From Balamuthia mandrillaris (Eukaryota): a DNA stretch of 64,000 nucleotides. Shown piece by piece: positions 12,497 to 25,426 of the stretch. The DNA is taken from NCBI GenBank assembly GCA_031835245.2, contig JAVKOQ020000016.1:248001-312000 (forward strand), given 5' to 3'. Every line of letters starts with the position of its first letter. Position 1 is the first letter of the stretch. Both the position numbers and the translations under genes were made by a program. The notes below the pieces were generated by a model. That model did no database searches. It saw only the letters and a list, made by a program, of their open reading frames with translations, and was not told the origin of the DNA.

Positions 12497-12783
12497 TTAC
12501 GTGTGTGTCTTCAGGGCAGGCGTTTTTCTTCTTCTTCTGTTTCGAAGATGGTGCACACCCCCTCCTCCTTTTGTGTTGCTATTGTGCACAACACACACAT
12601 TTACCCCTAACTCACCCCAACTTGTGCACAATAGTCCGCATGAATTACCCACCCACCACTGAAACAAAAAAAGAGAGAGAGAGAGGGAGAGGGAGGGCTG
12701 AACTGCAGAGAAGGCGGCGAGAGGAGAGAGGGACGGAGCAGTTGGGTTTTGATTTGAATTTTTTTTTTTTTGAGAGGAGCAAT

Positions 12784-13657
12784 ATGCTGAGACGCGCAGC
12801 TTCTTTTTCGTTGGTTTCGGTGGGTGGCTCCGCACGACGCCACGCCCTGCCCACAGCGAGACGTTGCGAGGCCATGCTGGCCTCCAACGTGGTCGGCGGC
12901 GGTCGCTTTAGATTGTATGGCACCAACACCGAACGCAACCCCAACGACGCCTACCACAACCTCCAAGAGGACCGCTCCGGTGATCTTTACCAGGTTCGCG
13001 TGCTTGGCTTTGTTGTTGTTGTACTCGGCAGGTTCTCACCTTTGCTTCTTTTTGTATGGCCAGCCAACCCCTGCTGAGGACTTGATCTCGCAAGTGCCCC
13101 CTCAATTCGTTGACGGGCCTACTGCTGTTTGCGACGGAGGTACGTCGCCCTCCTTCCTTGTGTTTATATTCCTTGGCTCTTCTATGTTCTTTGTCCTTCT
13201 GTGCCCCCTTCTCCCTTCCTATCTCTACTCCTGCTGTCCCTTCACCTTCTCTCTCTCTCTCTCTCTCTCTCCTGTTCTCTCTCCACTTCCCTTCTCTCTT
13301 GAAGCTGCCTGCTTCTTCTCTATATTTAGCTTGTTGTTTCTCCTTCTCCTTCTCCTTCTTCTCCTTCTCCTTCTCCTTCTCCTTCTCCTTCTCCTTCTCC
13401 TTCTCCTTCTCCTTCTCCTTCTCCTTCTCCTTCTCCTTCTCCTTCTCCTTCTCCTTCTCCTTCTCCTTCTCCTTCTCCTTCTCCTTCCCCCTCTTGCTAC
13501 CTCAGTTTGCGTTCGTCTTACCGGAATACGTTTTTGATACCATGAACTAGGGGGTGCATTGGGCCACCCTCGTATTTACATAAATGTGGAGAAGCCTGGC
13601 GTTCACGCATGTGGCTACTGCGGGCTTCGGTTCACACGGGCGCCCGGCCATCACTGA
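12784..13657 (+). CDS. NDUFS6: NADH:ubiquinone oxidoreductase 13 kDa subunit (zf-CHCC), 3 exons
   Basis: Presequence [10 protein letters not shown]; spliced [42 protein letters not shown]. Last exon 13551-13657. Confidence 0.95.
13339..13486. repeat. (CTTCTC)n intronic repeat
   Basis: Tandem hexamer array within NDUFS6 intron 2. Confidence 0.95.
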
Positions 13658-14115
13658 GCGTTTGTTGGAGGTATTCGACAGAGAAGTTTATCCTTCAAAG
13701 AAACATGCTGCAGGCTGTGTTTCACCAGCCAGCAGCACTCACAACAACCACAATCTCTACTATTACTATAACTGCTCACTCTCTCTATACATCTGATATT
13801 TGAACAAAAAACCATCATCATGTTTGTTTGCAGCAGCAGCGCATCAACTGTGGGAAAGTGGTGGTGGTGGTTACCCCTTTCGCCAGCCTGCTTTGGCTGC
13901 TTCGTTTCTCGTTTTATGTTATTTCCTCTTATGCTCTGCTCTTCTCTTCTCTTTTCCTTTTTTTTTTTTTTTTCGTTTTTTTTTTTTCAAATTCAACAAC
14001 AACAACAACAAAAAAAAGAGTATAAAGCAAACAATACTACAGCAGCTGCTGCCCAGTAGTCTACTGCCAGCAACCGAGCAAAAGGGATTCAACGTTGTTG
14101 TTCACGCGAAGAAGA

Positions 14116-14601
14116 ATGCGCAAGTTAGCAGCAGCCAATAGAAGCTTTGCCAGCGTGGTTGGGGTGGGCGGAACGCCCAGCTGCTCCCTCCCCACCAGAA
14201 GAGCCGTTTCCTCTCTGTGGCAGCAGAAGCAACGGTTGGCCGCTCGTGGCTACGTTAGCAGCCTTAAGGACACCATAGGGGAGGGCCTCCTCGACGACAC
14301 CCAAAAGGAACTTAGGGACAGCATCCACCAATTCGCTCAGTCCGAGATCGCCCCTCTGGCTGCTGAGACCGACCGCCAAAACGCCTTTCCCATGGTCCGT
14401 GATCCCTTTTCCCTTCTTCTGCTTCCTTTTATTCCTTTGTGTAAACCTCGTTGGTGGGGTGAGCTTGCCTAACCACGCCTTTCCATTTTTTGCAGCACCT
14501 CTGGAAGAAACTGGGGGAAGCCTCTGTCTTGGGCATTACTGCACCCAGTACGTCACTCTTTCACTCGTTCCATGCTTCTATGTTCTCCTGCGCTCTCTAG
14601 T

Positions 14602-14632
<31 letters not shown>

Positions 14633-16174
14633 CTCTCTCTCTCTTCTCTTGATCTCTGCTCATTTTTTTTGTTGTGATGGTCTGTAACAGCGGAATATGG
14701 AGGACTTGGCTTGGGTTACTTGGAACACTGCATAGCAATGGAGGAGATCAGCAGGGCCTCTGGTTCCATTGGCCTAAGTTACGGAGCACACAGCAATCTC
14801 TGCGTAAATCAGTTGGTCAGGAATGCTAATACCACCCAAAAGAAGAAGTATTTACCAAAGGTGCGTTTTATCCTCGTTTGATATTGTATACCAAAGGGAG
14901 AGAGAGGGAGAGAGCACGAGAAGAGACCTATGTGCCATATCGTTGACGAGCTGTAACACAAAATAACCGATTAGTTGATATCTGGGGACTTCGTGGGTGC
15001 GCTGGCAATGAGCGAGCCCGGCTCTGGTTCTGATGTTGTATCAATGAAGACAAAGGCTGAGAAGAAGGGAAATAAGTGGGTGCTCAACGGTAACAAGTTT
15101 TGGATAACGAATGGTCCCGATGCCAACGTACTTATTGTCTATGCTAAGACACATGACGTAAAGCCCAACTCCATAACCGCCTTCATTGTGGAGAAAGGCA
15201 TGCCTGGCTTCAGCACTGCCCAAAAGCTGGACAAACTTGGCATGCGAGGCTCCAATACATGCGAGGTACTCACTTTTCTTTTTTGCTTTTTACCACAATT
15301 CTACCCTGACCTCTCTCTCTCTCTCACTCTGCTTCTCACTCTACCTACAGTTGGTATTTGAAAACTGCGAAGTGAGCGGTACGTTCCTTCCTGAGAAAAA
15401 CATGCTCAGAGCTGCTCACTTTCTTTTGTTTCGTGTTAAACAGACGAACAGGTTTTGGGTCAGCCTGGCAAAGGCGTCTACGTCCTCATGAGTGGTTTGG
15501 ATTACGAACGGCTCGTGCTTTCTGCAGGACCGCTTGGGTACGTTCTGAACGCCCTTGAACAAAGAATCGTCTTTCTAACCGTGGCTCGTGTTATGGTCAT
15601 TACGATAGTATAATGCAAGCATGCATGGACACGGTTCTGCCCTACGTCCATGACCGAGAACAATTTGGACAACCCATTGGCACTTTCCAAGTACGTTTTC
15701 CGCACATTACCTTCAGCCTACCAATGGAGACTTACCCAACTGAACCTCCCATCTCATAATGCTTTTATGTGAAGCTGATGCAAGGCAAGTTAGCTGATAT
15801 GTACACGTCGCTGGGAGCCACTCGTGCCTACGTTTATTCCGTAGCTCGCGCCTGTGACAGTGGCACCGCTGATCCCAAGGTTTTATCTTCTCTCTTCCCT
15901 CTTCTCTCGCCCTTTACCCGCTCACAAACAATGAACACCATAATAAAAGGATTGCGCGGGTGTTATACTGTACGCAGCAGAGAAAGCCACGCAGATGGCA
16001 CTGCAGGCCATTCAGTGCCTTGGTGGTAATGGTTACATCAATGAGTTTCCAACAGGTCGCCTTCTGCGTGACGCGAAGCTGTACGAGATAGGCGCTGGCA
16101 CCAGCGAAATCCGCAGGATGCTCATCGGGCGAGAGATCAACAAGGCGTATGGTGTCAAGAATACCAAACAATAA
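14116..16174 (+). CDS. IVD: Isovaleryl-CoA dehydrogenase, mitochondrial, multi-exon
   Basis: [119 protein letters not shown]. Confidence 0.97.
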
Positions 16175-16217
16175 TTATTTAAAGTTGCGTTATCCCTGTT
16201 GCGTGTTATCGTGGTTC

Positions 16218-16257
16218 TCAACGGAAAGAGTGGCAACGGAAAGAGCAGAGGGAGGGG

Positions 16258-16294
<37 letters not shown>

Positions 16295-17232
16295 GAAGGA
16301 GGCCGCAGGACAAGCTGTATTGCAACATGGTCTTTGTTCTGTAGTTCGAGCAATAAAACCTTTCTTTATTTTCGAGGACCTTTGATGTTAGAGACGACCT
16401 GAACAGAGGCTGAGTTCGTTCAAAATTAGGTTTGTTTGCCTCCACAAGCAGAGCAAAACTTGGCGGTTGGGTTGCTAAGCTTATTGCCACATGTGCGTGA
16501 CAAAACAGTTTTTGCTGGTGGGCCACATCTTGGTTTCTTGCTGACGACGGCGCCCCGTCTTGAGGAGGAAGAGGCGACGGAGAAGCATATGACGATGACG
16601 CATAAGTAGGTGTTGATAACATGGGAGATGGGGATACTGGAGGAGCAGCCGTTATAGTTGCAGAAGCAGAGGAAGAAGAAGAGGGAGCAGAAGTATTTCT
16701 GCTAGTCACTAGTGTGATAGGGGGAACAAAAGCTGTGGTTTCTGAAGGAAAAGCAATGGTAGGAATAGAAGTGCCAGTTAATGAGAGGGACGAGGTTGTC
16801 AGAGAAGGAGGCAAAGGAGGCGATAAAGGAGGAGGGGAAGAAGAACTAGAAGCAGCAGTAGGAGATGAGGAGGTGCGGCGAGATAAGGAGTGAACGGAAG
16901 AGGAAGAGGAAGAGGAAGAAGAAGCAGCAGTGGTCATAGAAGAAGCTCCTGACATAGAACTCGTTTTCGATTGGCTCGAGGTGGCATGAGTGCCTGTGCT
17001 AGCCCTGGCCATGGCAGGAGCGTGTTCTCCACAACAAACAAGGTCCAGGTTCTTGTCGTAAAGTTGGTTGCAGTGCTCTTGACACACGCTGTAGGCGCAC
17101 CTTCGGTTGTTCTTTTTGTTGCATCCTCTTTTGTGGCAAAGACCTTTTTTTCCAGTTTGCCTGCTCGCCTTTCCCGACCCACTTTCCGTCTTCCTCTTTT
17201 TGTTGTTTACGCAGGGACTAGAGCTTCTCCAT
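16218..17232 (-). CDS. Hypothetical protein with basic NLS-like motif, Cys/His zinc finger (LRP1/SHI- or DUS1L-C-terminus-like spacing) and Ser/Pro-rich region; both ends uncertain
   Basis: The frame is open upstream of the listed GTG: NNKKRKTESG...CHKRGCNKKNNRRCAYSVCQEHCNQLYDKNLDLVCCGEH. Candidate CAG acceptor near 17233. Confidence 0.6.
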
Positions 17233-17738
17233 CTGGATCAATGACAATCTTCCTATGCTTTCTCCCGGCTCGCTTTTTACTGGTGCATTTCCTTCTTGTC
17301 CTCCTCCGTCTACTGTGAATGCGGATTGATAGCCAACGGGAGCACTCTCCGGAGAGACCGGTTTCAACTCTGTTCTCTAGTCCATCTGCTTCTCTCTTTC
17401 TCTTCGCTCCCTTGGGATTTTATGACTCGCTGGGAGGATGGCTACCATTTGGGCAGCACAAAACAAAAACAAAAAGGGAGGGGGATGGCATGCAGGAAGA
17501 AGAAAAATGGTGCTGTGCAAAGGCGAATGTATTTACGGTGATGGCGGGAATGGTGGTGGCACAAGGAAACAGATTTGGAGTAAGAAGGTGTTGAGAAAGA
17601 GAATAAGCAGCAAAGAAAAGTAGGTTGGCGCGCAAATCAGCAAGGACAGAGGTAGCTCTGACCCCATCCTTCCTCCCCGGCACAATGCTGCCATGCCTCT
17701 GCGCTTCCTCTCTTTTTGAATGTTGGTTTGTTTCTACG

Positions 17739-17964
17739 TCATTCCATTTTGAACATCTCCTCTTCTGTTGTGGTAGGTTTGGTTTTAGACGGGTCAGATT
17801 GTATGCAACAACGGTGCTGGAAAGGATGGAAAGAAAATGGAGATGCGAATAACAACCTTCTGTCTTGCTGGGTTCCGGTTCGCGTTGAGCTTCCTATTTA
17901 AAAAATCATTAGTACAGCCTCATCACAACAGAGAAATCAATGGAGAGCAAAGAGCAGGAATAAC

Positions 17965-18003
<39 letters not shown>

Positions 18004-18236
18004 ATAAATACAGTTGTAGGTTTGGAGTTGGAAGTGGCGGTATCGGGGGCAGTAACACCAGGGATAAGTGGAATAGTGCTAGGCGGCGTTTTGGAGAGTG
18101 GTGAGTTTCGCAAAAAAAGCAGAGCGTTTCTATCATACACAATCTTTGTGCCTGTGAGAAAAAAAGCGAAATAAGTCAATGTTAACACAAGGGAGCTGTT
18201 CGTCCCCGTGGAAGCATAATAATGAAAAGGAGAGAA

Positions 18237-18285
<49 letters not shown>

Positions 18286-18426
18286 GAGAGAGAGAAAACG
18301 ATACATACCACCAGGAGTGGTGGCGTAGATAGTTCCACCAGGCGTAGTGGAGAGGTTGTGAGGGAAGTTCTTGGAGCCCGGTGAGCCTGAGATGGAAATT
18401 GCAGGGGTGCTGGCGGGTTGTGACAT
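17739..18426 (-). CDS. EIF4EBP: eIF4E-binding protein (4E-BP), 4 exons
   Basis: [26 protein letters not shown] (YxxxxLphi) and [10 protein letters not shown]; spliced end [20 protein letters not shown] is a TOS-like motif. Confidence 0.93.
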
Positions 18427-19058
18427 GACGGACGTTTGCACGGTCAAGTGAAAAACAGGGCAGCAGCACAGGTTCTGTTTGTTTTGTAAAGGAGAAGCGG
18501 AGAAAGAGGAGGGAGGGGTTGTTTAAACTTTGTAAGCTTTGGTTGCAAAGGGGACTAAAATTAATATAAAAAGAGGTGCTCCGCTTTTCCACAAAAAAGC
18601 ACACGGCTTCAGCCACGAAAAAATAACGAACCTGCACTGGCTATTTAATAAAAAAAAACCTTGGGGGGGAGTGCTGCAAACAAACACTTGACAGTCGTTT
18701 TCGGCCGTCGCTTTTTTTATTGTTTTTGTTTAGCTTTGCAAGTAACCTCTGCGCACACACAGAGCGAGGGCTTGGTGGGCTTTTTTTTTTTTGGTGGGCT
18801 TTTCTTCTTCTCTCTCTCGAGCCTTCTCGCCGCCTAATTTGCTTTTCTTTTCCCGCTGCTCGAGGAGCCATAAGGAGTTTGGCAAGTCCACGCGAGGGGT
18901 CGCCTGGAGGCCTGATTTATCAGGACGACACGAATCATCTGAGATGCTGCAACAAAGCTGCACAAATTGGCTTTGCCTACACCACAAACCAAAAAAAAAA
19001 AGAAGAAAGAGAACGTGTGCCCAGAAGGAATAGGAAGGAAGGAGGGACCCTGTGAAGC

Positions 19059-19436
19059 ATGAACAACCAAAAGCTATTTGAGCTGGCCAAAGGCTTTCGT
19101 GGCAGGGCCAAGAACTGCCTCACCGTAACCAAGAGACGAGTACAAAAGGCGCTGCTCTACGCGTACAGAGACAGACGGGTGAAGCGGCGGTTGGCCCGCC
19201 AGAACTGGGTGCTGCAAATCAACGCCGGAGTGCGGCAGTACGGCATGAACTACTCCAACTTTATGCAGGGCATGACTCTCTCTGGTGTCAAGCTGGACAG
19301 AAAGATCCTCTCCGAGCTGGCTAACTACGAGCCCCTCAGCTTCCGCGCTGTCACCAAGATCGCGGACGGCGCCCTCAAGGAAAAGCAACTGCGCCTGCGA
19401 GAGCTCAACCGTGGCAACACTGAATTCTTCCTTTAG
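19059..19436 (+). CDS. MRPL20: Mitochondrial ribosomal protein bL20m, intronless
   Basis: LAKGFRGRAKN, KALLYAYRDRRVKRR..W..QINAG, YSNFM, LDRKILSELA.EP.SF. Confidence 0.95.
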   Translation: MNNQKLFELAKGFRGRAKNCLTVTKRRVQKALLYAYRDRRVKRRLARQNWVLQINAGVRQYGMNYSNFMQGMTLSGVKLDRKILSELANYEPLSFRAVTKIADGALKEKQLRLRELNRGNTEFFL

Positions 19437-19559
19437 ATTTAATTATTTTTTTTTGTTTTTGTTTTGTTCCAACACGCCTCTTCCTTTCTTTTTCCTTTTC
19501 TCTGTGCTCTTAATCCTTCTTTTCTGTCTTCTCAATGAATGACGTATTATAAGTGAGCA

Positions 19560-20411
19560 TCAGAAAGACTTGTTGGTAGAGGAGGATGAAGCGCGCTGGA
19601 GAAGACGCTTCTCAACATCATCGAGCATCCAGTGGTGCTCCACCAGCTCCAAGTTCTCCTTCTCCGCCTTGAAGAGCTTGCCGGTGTCGGGTTGCTGCAT
19701 CATGGCACCACCTCCTCCCATTTGCATTTGCTCTTGCATCATTTTGGCATCATCCGCCTCTGCATCATTCATTCATTTGTTATTGCTGCTGTTGTTGCTT
19801 TCATCGGAAGATAGAGAAGGAAGAAAAACAAACAAACCAACCATTCTGTTCGCCAAGGACGAGGGAGTTGATGCCACGAAGACCAAAGAGGGCAAGGAAG
19901 TACCAGGAGAGGGAGCTCACGTAGGTGACGTCCAACGAGCTGAGCTCTATCCCTCTTTGCAGCATTCCCCTGAACGGCAATGTCAATGGGAATGGAATCT
20001 TCACTGCATGTTTGTTTTTTGTTGTGTGAGCTTTCTGCTATAAAACAGAAAGAGCAGAGCAGAGAGCAGCAGAGAAGCGGGGAACTAACCCAAGACGAAG
20101 CCAGAGAAGAAATAGTTAACCCAAGCCACCAGTATGAGCTGAGGAATGACCATGGCCATGTTACGCTTCAGCATGTCGACCATGTTGGAGGGGTCCATCA
20201 TGGGATTGGACAGCGGGTTGGCGTTGTTGGAGTCTCCCTCACCGGCGTGAGCAAAGAGGCCTTCCTCCGGGTGGTTGAAGAAGGCTTTGCGGGCGTGGAA
20301 GGAGGCCGCTGGCAGTAGATTGGCATTCGCTCGTAATCGCTTTGTCCGCAACAACGTTTGTCTGTGTGTTTTCACCACAATAAGAAGGAGAAGTGAGGAG
20401 GGAGAGAGAGA

Positions 20412-20455
<44 letters not shown>

Positions 20456-20648
20456 AAGGTAGCACAAACGTGGTTTTGACGTTCTTCAGTTCAGGCTTTC
20501 GATCGGACTTGAGGAATACGGTGATGTTGTGCTTTACAATGGCCACGATGAACATAACCACTACGATGGGTATGAGCACCCAGTCCCTGATCTTGTCGTC
20601 CAGCACGAGGAGCTGCTCTCCTCCTCCTTCCGCCGCCCCCATCATCAT
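19560..20648 (-). CDS. EMC3: ER membrane protein complex subunit 3, multi-exon
   Basis: [68 protein letters not shown]. Confidence 0.96.
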
Positions 20649-20809
20649 CACGCCCTTGTTGCTCTCTCTTGCGTGCTTTTTTTTTCCCCCCTGGTTGTCG
20701 ACAATTGCACAAGTGCTGGTCCTGAGCTGCTCCTTCTACTAACGGAATGCAAATCATTTCAAAAATGTAAAATAAAAAATATTTGGCCGCTGAAATCTTT
20801 GGCTGCTCT

Positions 20810-21032
<223 letters not shown>

Positions 21033-21107
21033 GGGACGAGAGAGAGAGAGAGAGAGAGAGAGGGACGAGAGAGCAAGAAGAGGAGAAGTTGCTTTGGCAA
21101 TTAGAAT

Positions 21108-24100
21108 ATGAGCACACAAACTTGCTCTCACCAAGAAATAGGTGCGTTGTTGCACGTCCCCGTCTGTTCGTTCCGCTCCTTCCAGCTAGGATGAGGGAGG
21201 TTTTTTTTAAATTGTTTTGTTTAAAAAAAACGTACTCAATGAACCACCCATGCAACAACAAAACGAACAGCATGGGTGGAGGACAATTGTGCGGAAGGCG
21301 TTGGGCCAAGGACGGAGCTCACCCCCAAGCCGGTCTTTCATTACATGGGGCATTGCCTCTTGTTCAAAGAGGGCAAGAAAGTGGGCAAACGCCTCATCGC
21401 TGTCGGCCGGTACCGCGTCTTCCTCATCAAGAAGAACAAAGTTGGTCGCAACCGCAAGCTTCTTAACAGCTATCACCTCTACGACCTTTTGGAGATCTCT
21501 GGCAACAACAACGCCGTTCGTCTCTCTTGCTCTTCTTCTTGTTCTTGTTCGTGTTCTTCTTGCCCTTCTTGTCCTTCTGCTTTTTGTTGTTCTTGTTGTT
21601 TCTTCTTGTTCTTCTGCGTTCTTCTGCGTTCTTCTGCGTTCTTCTTCTTCTTCTTCTTCTTCTTCTTCTTCTTCTTCTACTACTACTACTACTACTACTA
21701 CTACTATTGTTTTTCTTACTCTTGTTCTTTTTCTTCTTTATGTCTTTCCTCTCTCCATTTTGAATGGAGTGCAGTTAGTCTTCAAGTGGCAAAAGAGGAA
21801 GATAAAGGACCCTAAACAGGACAAAAAGGTATTTGAGCTGCGGCCGACCCACGACACGGGTGCCGAAATGGTGCAAGCCATTCGCATAGCATTTCAGCAA
21901 ATAGCTCCCTCTTTTCCTTTTGATGATACTTTCAAGGTGTTAGTGGAACAGTACGTGCTCCTTTCGTTCCGCTGCTCTATGCTTATGCTGTAGTTGTGTA
22001 ATGTGAATGTTGCGATAATTGCTGACGTTGATGCAAACAGGCAGTTGGAAGTACCTCAATTCAACGATTACGGTGCTGGTTGCGGGTTCTTAGAGACTTA
22101 TCGTGGTATGTGTGTTTTCGAAGTCATCCATTTTATGCGTTAATAATGGAAAGAAATAACATCGATGACAAACAACGTGTTGCGCTAAAAAGCACACTGC
22201 GACCATAAAGGAGTGCCAGTAAGCAAAGAAGTGGAGGTATACGTGTTGGATGTGATTGAACGACTAAGCAGCATTGACATGAACTTTGACGATGTACCGG
22301 GCATAGAGCCCAACGGCCAGCTGGGCTTCCACCTCTACCCGCTAGTTGCAGCGCTGCAGCACAATGCCTGGTTCAAAGGCCTGATCGTGAACGGACATCG
22401 TCACAAAGACGTGATGCTCTATATAGCCAACCTCTTGCGGTTCAATACCACATTGACGCGAGTGCAAGTCACCAACATGGGAGAGATGGGCGGCAGTAAT
22501 GCTGAGGAACTCGCAATGGCGCTCCAAAAGAACAAGTACTCCGCTATTCAGGTTCTCATATTCGACAACAACGTATTGGGTACAACTGCTGGCATGCTCC
22601 TGGCCTCTGCTTTTGCAGAGATGAGCCATGCACTTACACATCTCTCTCTTTCTGGCTGCCGGATCGGCAGCAAGGCCATGCATGCTATCTTACTTGCCTT
22701 TCAGAAGAACTTTGCCATGTCTCTCACCATTCAAACTCTCAACCTCTCTGGAAATCGTTTTGATGATGTTTCTTCCAGTTCGTTATCCTTTTGCTTTCTT
22801 GGCTTGATGGTGGATTATTGACATTTTTGCTTTAATTGAACAGAGGCTCTTGCCGAGTGGATTGGAGCAGCAAAAGAGCGTAGTTCCCTCTCTCGGCTTC
22901 TCCTTTCGGATTGCAGTCTCAACTTCACAACATTAGGGTCTTCTTTGCGTTTATTAAGCGTACGTTACTTCTCCTTGTTTGCAGAATGTAAATATTGCTC
23001 ACTCACAATGGCGACTTTGCTCTGCAGAACTTGGTAGAACTTGATGTTTCTGGTAACAAACTTGACCACGGTATGGTCTTTTCTCTTTCGCTTCTCCTCA
23101 CGTTTGAATACTTCATTCTTTGGTCTTATCTCGTACGTTTTGTTCATACTCCGATTTCAAAAGGATGCGCACAGTTGCTACGGACAGCTCTGGAACTAAG
23201 TTCTACTCTCCGCACAGTGAATGTAAGCAATTGTGGATTGGTGGCAGAGCACGCGGCCTCCATCATTCTATCGCTTGCGGGTAACGCTACCAGAGTTAGT
23301 TCTCCTACGACCCTCTTCTTAGCACACAACGATCTGGCAGCAAGCGGCGCCAAAGGTGCCACCTTTCTTTGCGATGCTCTCAGCCAGGCTAAAAACTTAG
23401 GCTTCCTTGACTTGTCCAGAAATAAGGTTGCGTTATTATATTATTATTTTATTCTTGCGGGTACATGCTGAACAATGTTCTTTCTTTTGATTAGTTTAAA
23501 AAGAAGGCAACCTTAATGTTGATGGAGAGTCTAGCCAAGGTCCCTGCTCTTGACACTCTCATCCTTGATCATTTTACTCGCATATCCAGCTCAAGCTTTG
23601 CTGATGCTCTTTCAGCACTGCTTAATTCCTCTTCCGTTCGTGTCTCTCCCTCTCTCTTTTATGGCTTCTTTTCCTCCTGGCTGATACAAAACGTGTAGCT
23701 AAAAGCATTAAGCGTGGCGGGCGGCTTTGATAAGGGGTTGATGCGATTCTTGCCAAGCCTATCTCAAAACGAAACGTTGGAAGAGCTGAACATCAGCAAC
23801 AATCAGATGGGCGACAAAGCAGCCAGTCTATTGCACGACGTGTTAGTCAAGAACTCGGTACTACAGAGCCTTCACTTAGACAACAACAACTTCACGTGGA
23901 GCGGCTTTAAGACCATTCGAATGGCTCTTCACAAGAACTTCTCGTTGAGGCATATTCCATTTCCTTGGGATGACTTTCAAAAGGCGGTCACAGCACTCTC
24001 CTCCGCAGCAGCAAGCGCAAACACAGGCCATCTGCAAGCCTTTAGAATGCTGATGTTGGAGATGGACCAAGTGCTGGCCTTGCGTCGCTCTTCCTCTTCC

Positions 24101-24625
24101 TCCTATGGATATGTGCCCTCTCGTTTCGACGCTGGTGCAGTGGACGTCGTGACTCCTACTACGACTTGTTCTTTGGCTGTTGTCCCAGACGACCTCTACA
24201 CCTTCCAAAACTCAGTACAGGCGCCTGTCTTCACAGAGGAGGCAGCATCCTCTGACAGTTCTCCTTACCTTTCTTCTTCGCCGTCACCTTACGAGAGTGC
24301 CGGTGTTAGCTTTGACACCCCTCCTGTCACGAATAGTTACGATGTCAATCCTTTCTCCTCACCACAACACTTGGCAGTTGCAACACCGGCAGGAGAAGAT
24401 CGTCGCACGAGAGGGCTGTCCCTGAGCCATGCGCCGGTGTCACGGCAACAACAAACCAATGCCATTCATCGCCGTTCGTACGGCCCCGTAGCCACTCATG
24501 CCTCTTCTGCTCCTCCATCTACCACCTCCTCTCCTTTCTCTGGCTCTCCGGTGCCTCCGCGCAATCCTTTCGCTGATGAGGACGATGACTGCCCACCACC
24601 ACCTCCTCCACGAGACGATCTGTAG
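21108..24625 (+). CDS. CARMIL/Acan125-like protein: PH-like domain, LRRs, Pro-rich tail, multi-exon
   Basis: Exon 1 MSTQTCSHQEI (21108-21141) splices to 21271; KRLIAVGRYRVFL..SYHLYDLLEI; GFLETYRAHCD; LVAALQHNAWFKGL; RNase-inhibitor-like LRRs (LNLSGN, LNISNNQMGD, LHLDNN); NFSLRHIPFPWDD; tail PVPPRNPF..PPPPPPR. Confidence 0.8.
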
Positions 24626-24690
24626 TCTTATGATCATGTTACAATAATACAAGTAGTAGGCTATATTATTGGGCTGGTTGATGCTTGGCT

Positions 24691-25388
24691 TCACTCAAAC
24701 TTTTTTTCTTTTATGCAGGATGTCAGCTCTTTGAAGATTTGCTTGAAGCTTGGCCTGCATGCGTAAGAGGCAACATCGGTTCAGTACAATTTAGAATTTA
24801 AATCCAGTGAACCACGCTGAAAGATGAAACAGCACCTACTGACCTCTCTTCAGGATCCTCTTCGAAGCATCTGTGCATAAGGTCTTGTATAATCTGAGGC
24901 GCTTCGCTGGGCACTTCCAAGCGGAGGCCTTCCGTGCAAATGGCAATACTGCACTGCACCGGATTCAAGTCTGCAAATGGCTCCTTTCCTTCATTCGTCA
25001 TTTCCTGCAATGTATGTTATGAGTTAACTGCGCAACAAAGGTGATAAAGAGGAGAGTATGAGCGTACCCATAAGAGCACACCATATGACTAACGCATTCG
25101 ATGAGGGGAAAAACAGATGAGTAGAAAACAAAGATCTTTGGAGGAGTAACAATACTAACCCAAACATCAGATTTTTGTGAATAAATGCCATGCCGAAGAC
25201 TCTGCATGGAGAAAAAACTTCGGGTAAGGAAAAAGCGTAAGACGAAAGTTGCTAGATAGAAAGAAGATACCTCTGGTGCCATCCACTTCAAAGGACCTAC
25301 GTGCGTCAAGGTAGTTTGCACTCCTTCCTCAGCTTGCATTTCTCGTGACCTTCCGAAATCTTGAAAGAGATCTAGACTAAGCTGCATC

Positions 25389-25426
<38 letters not shown>

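Noticed and set aside
17764..17856. Apparent non-canonical GT..AC intron in 4E-BP
   Set aside because: A canonical CAACAG acceptor further along, with a CTGAC branch point, gives the same frame.
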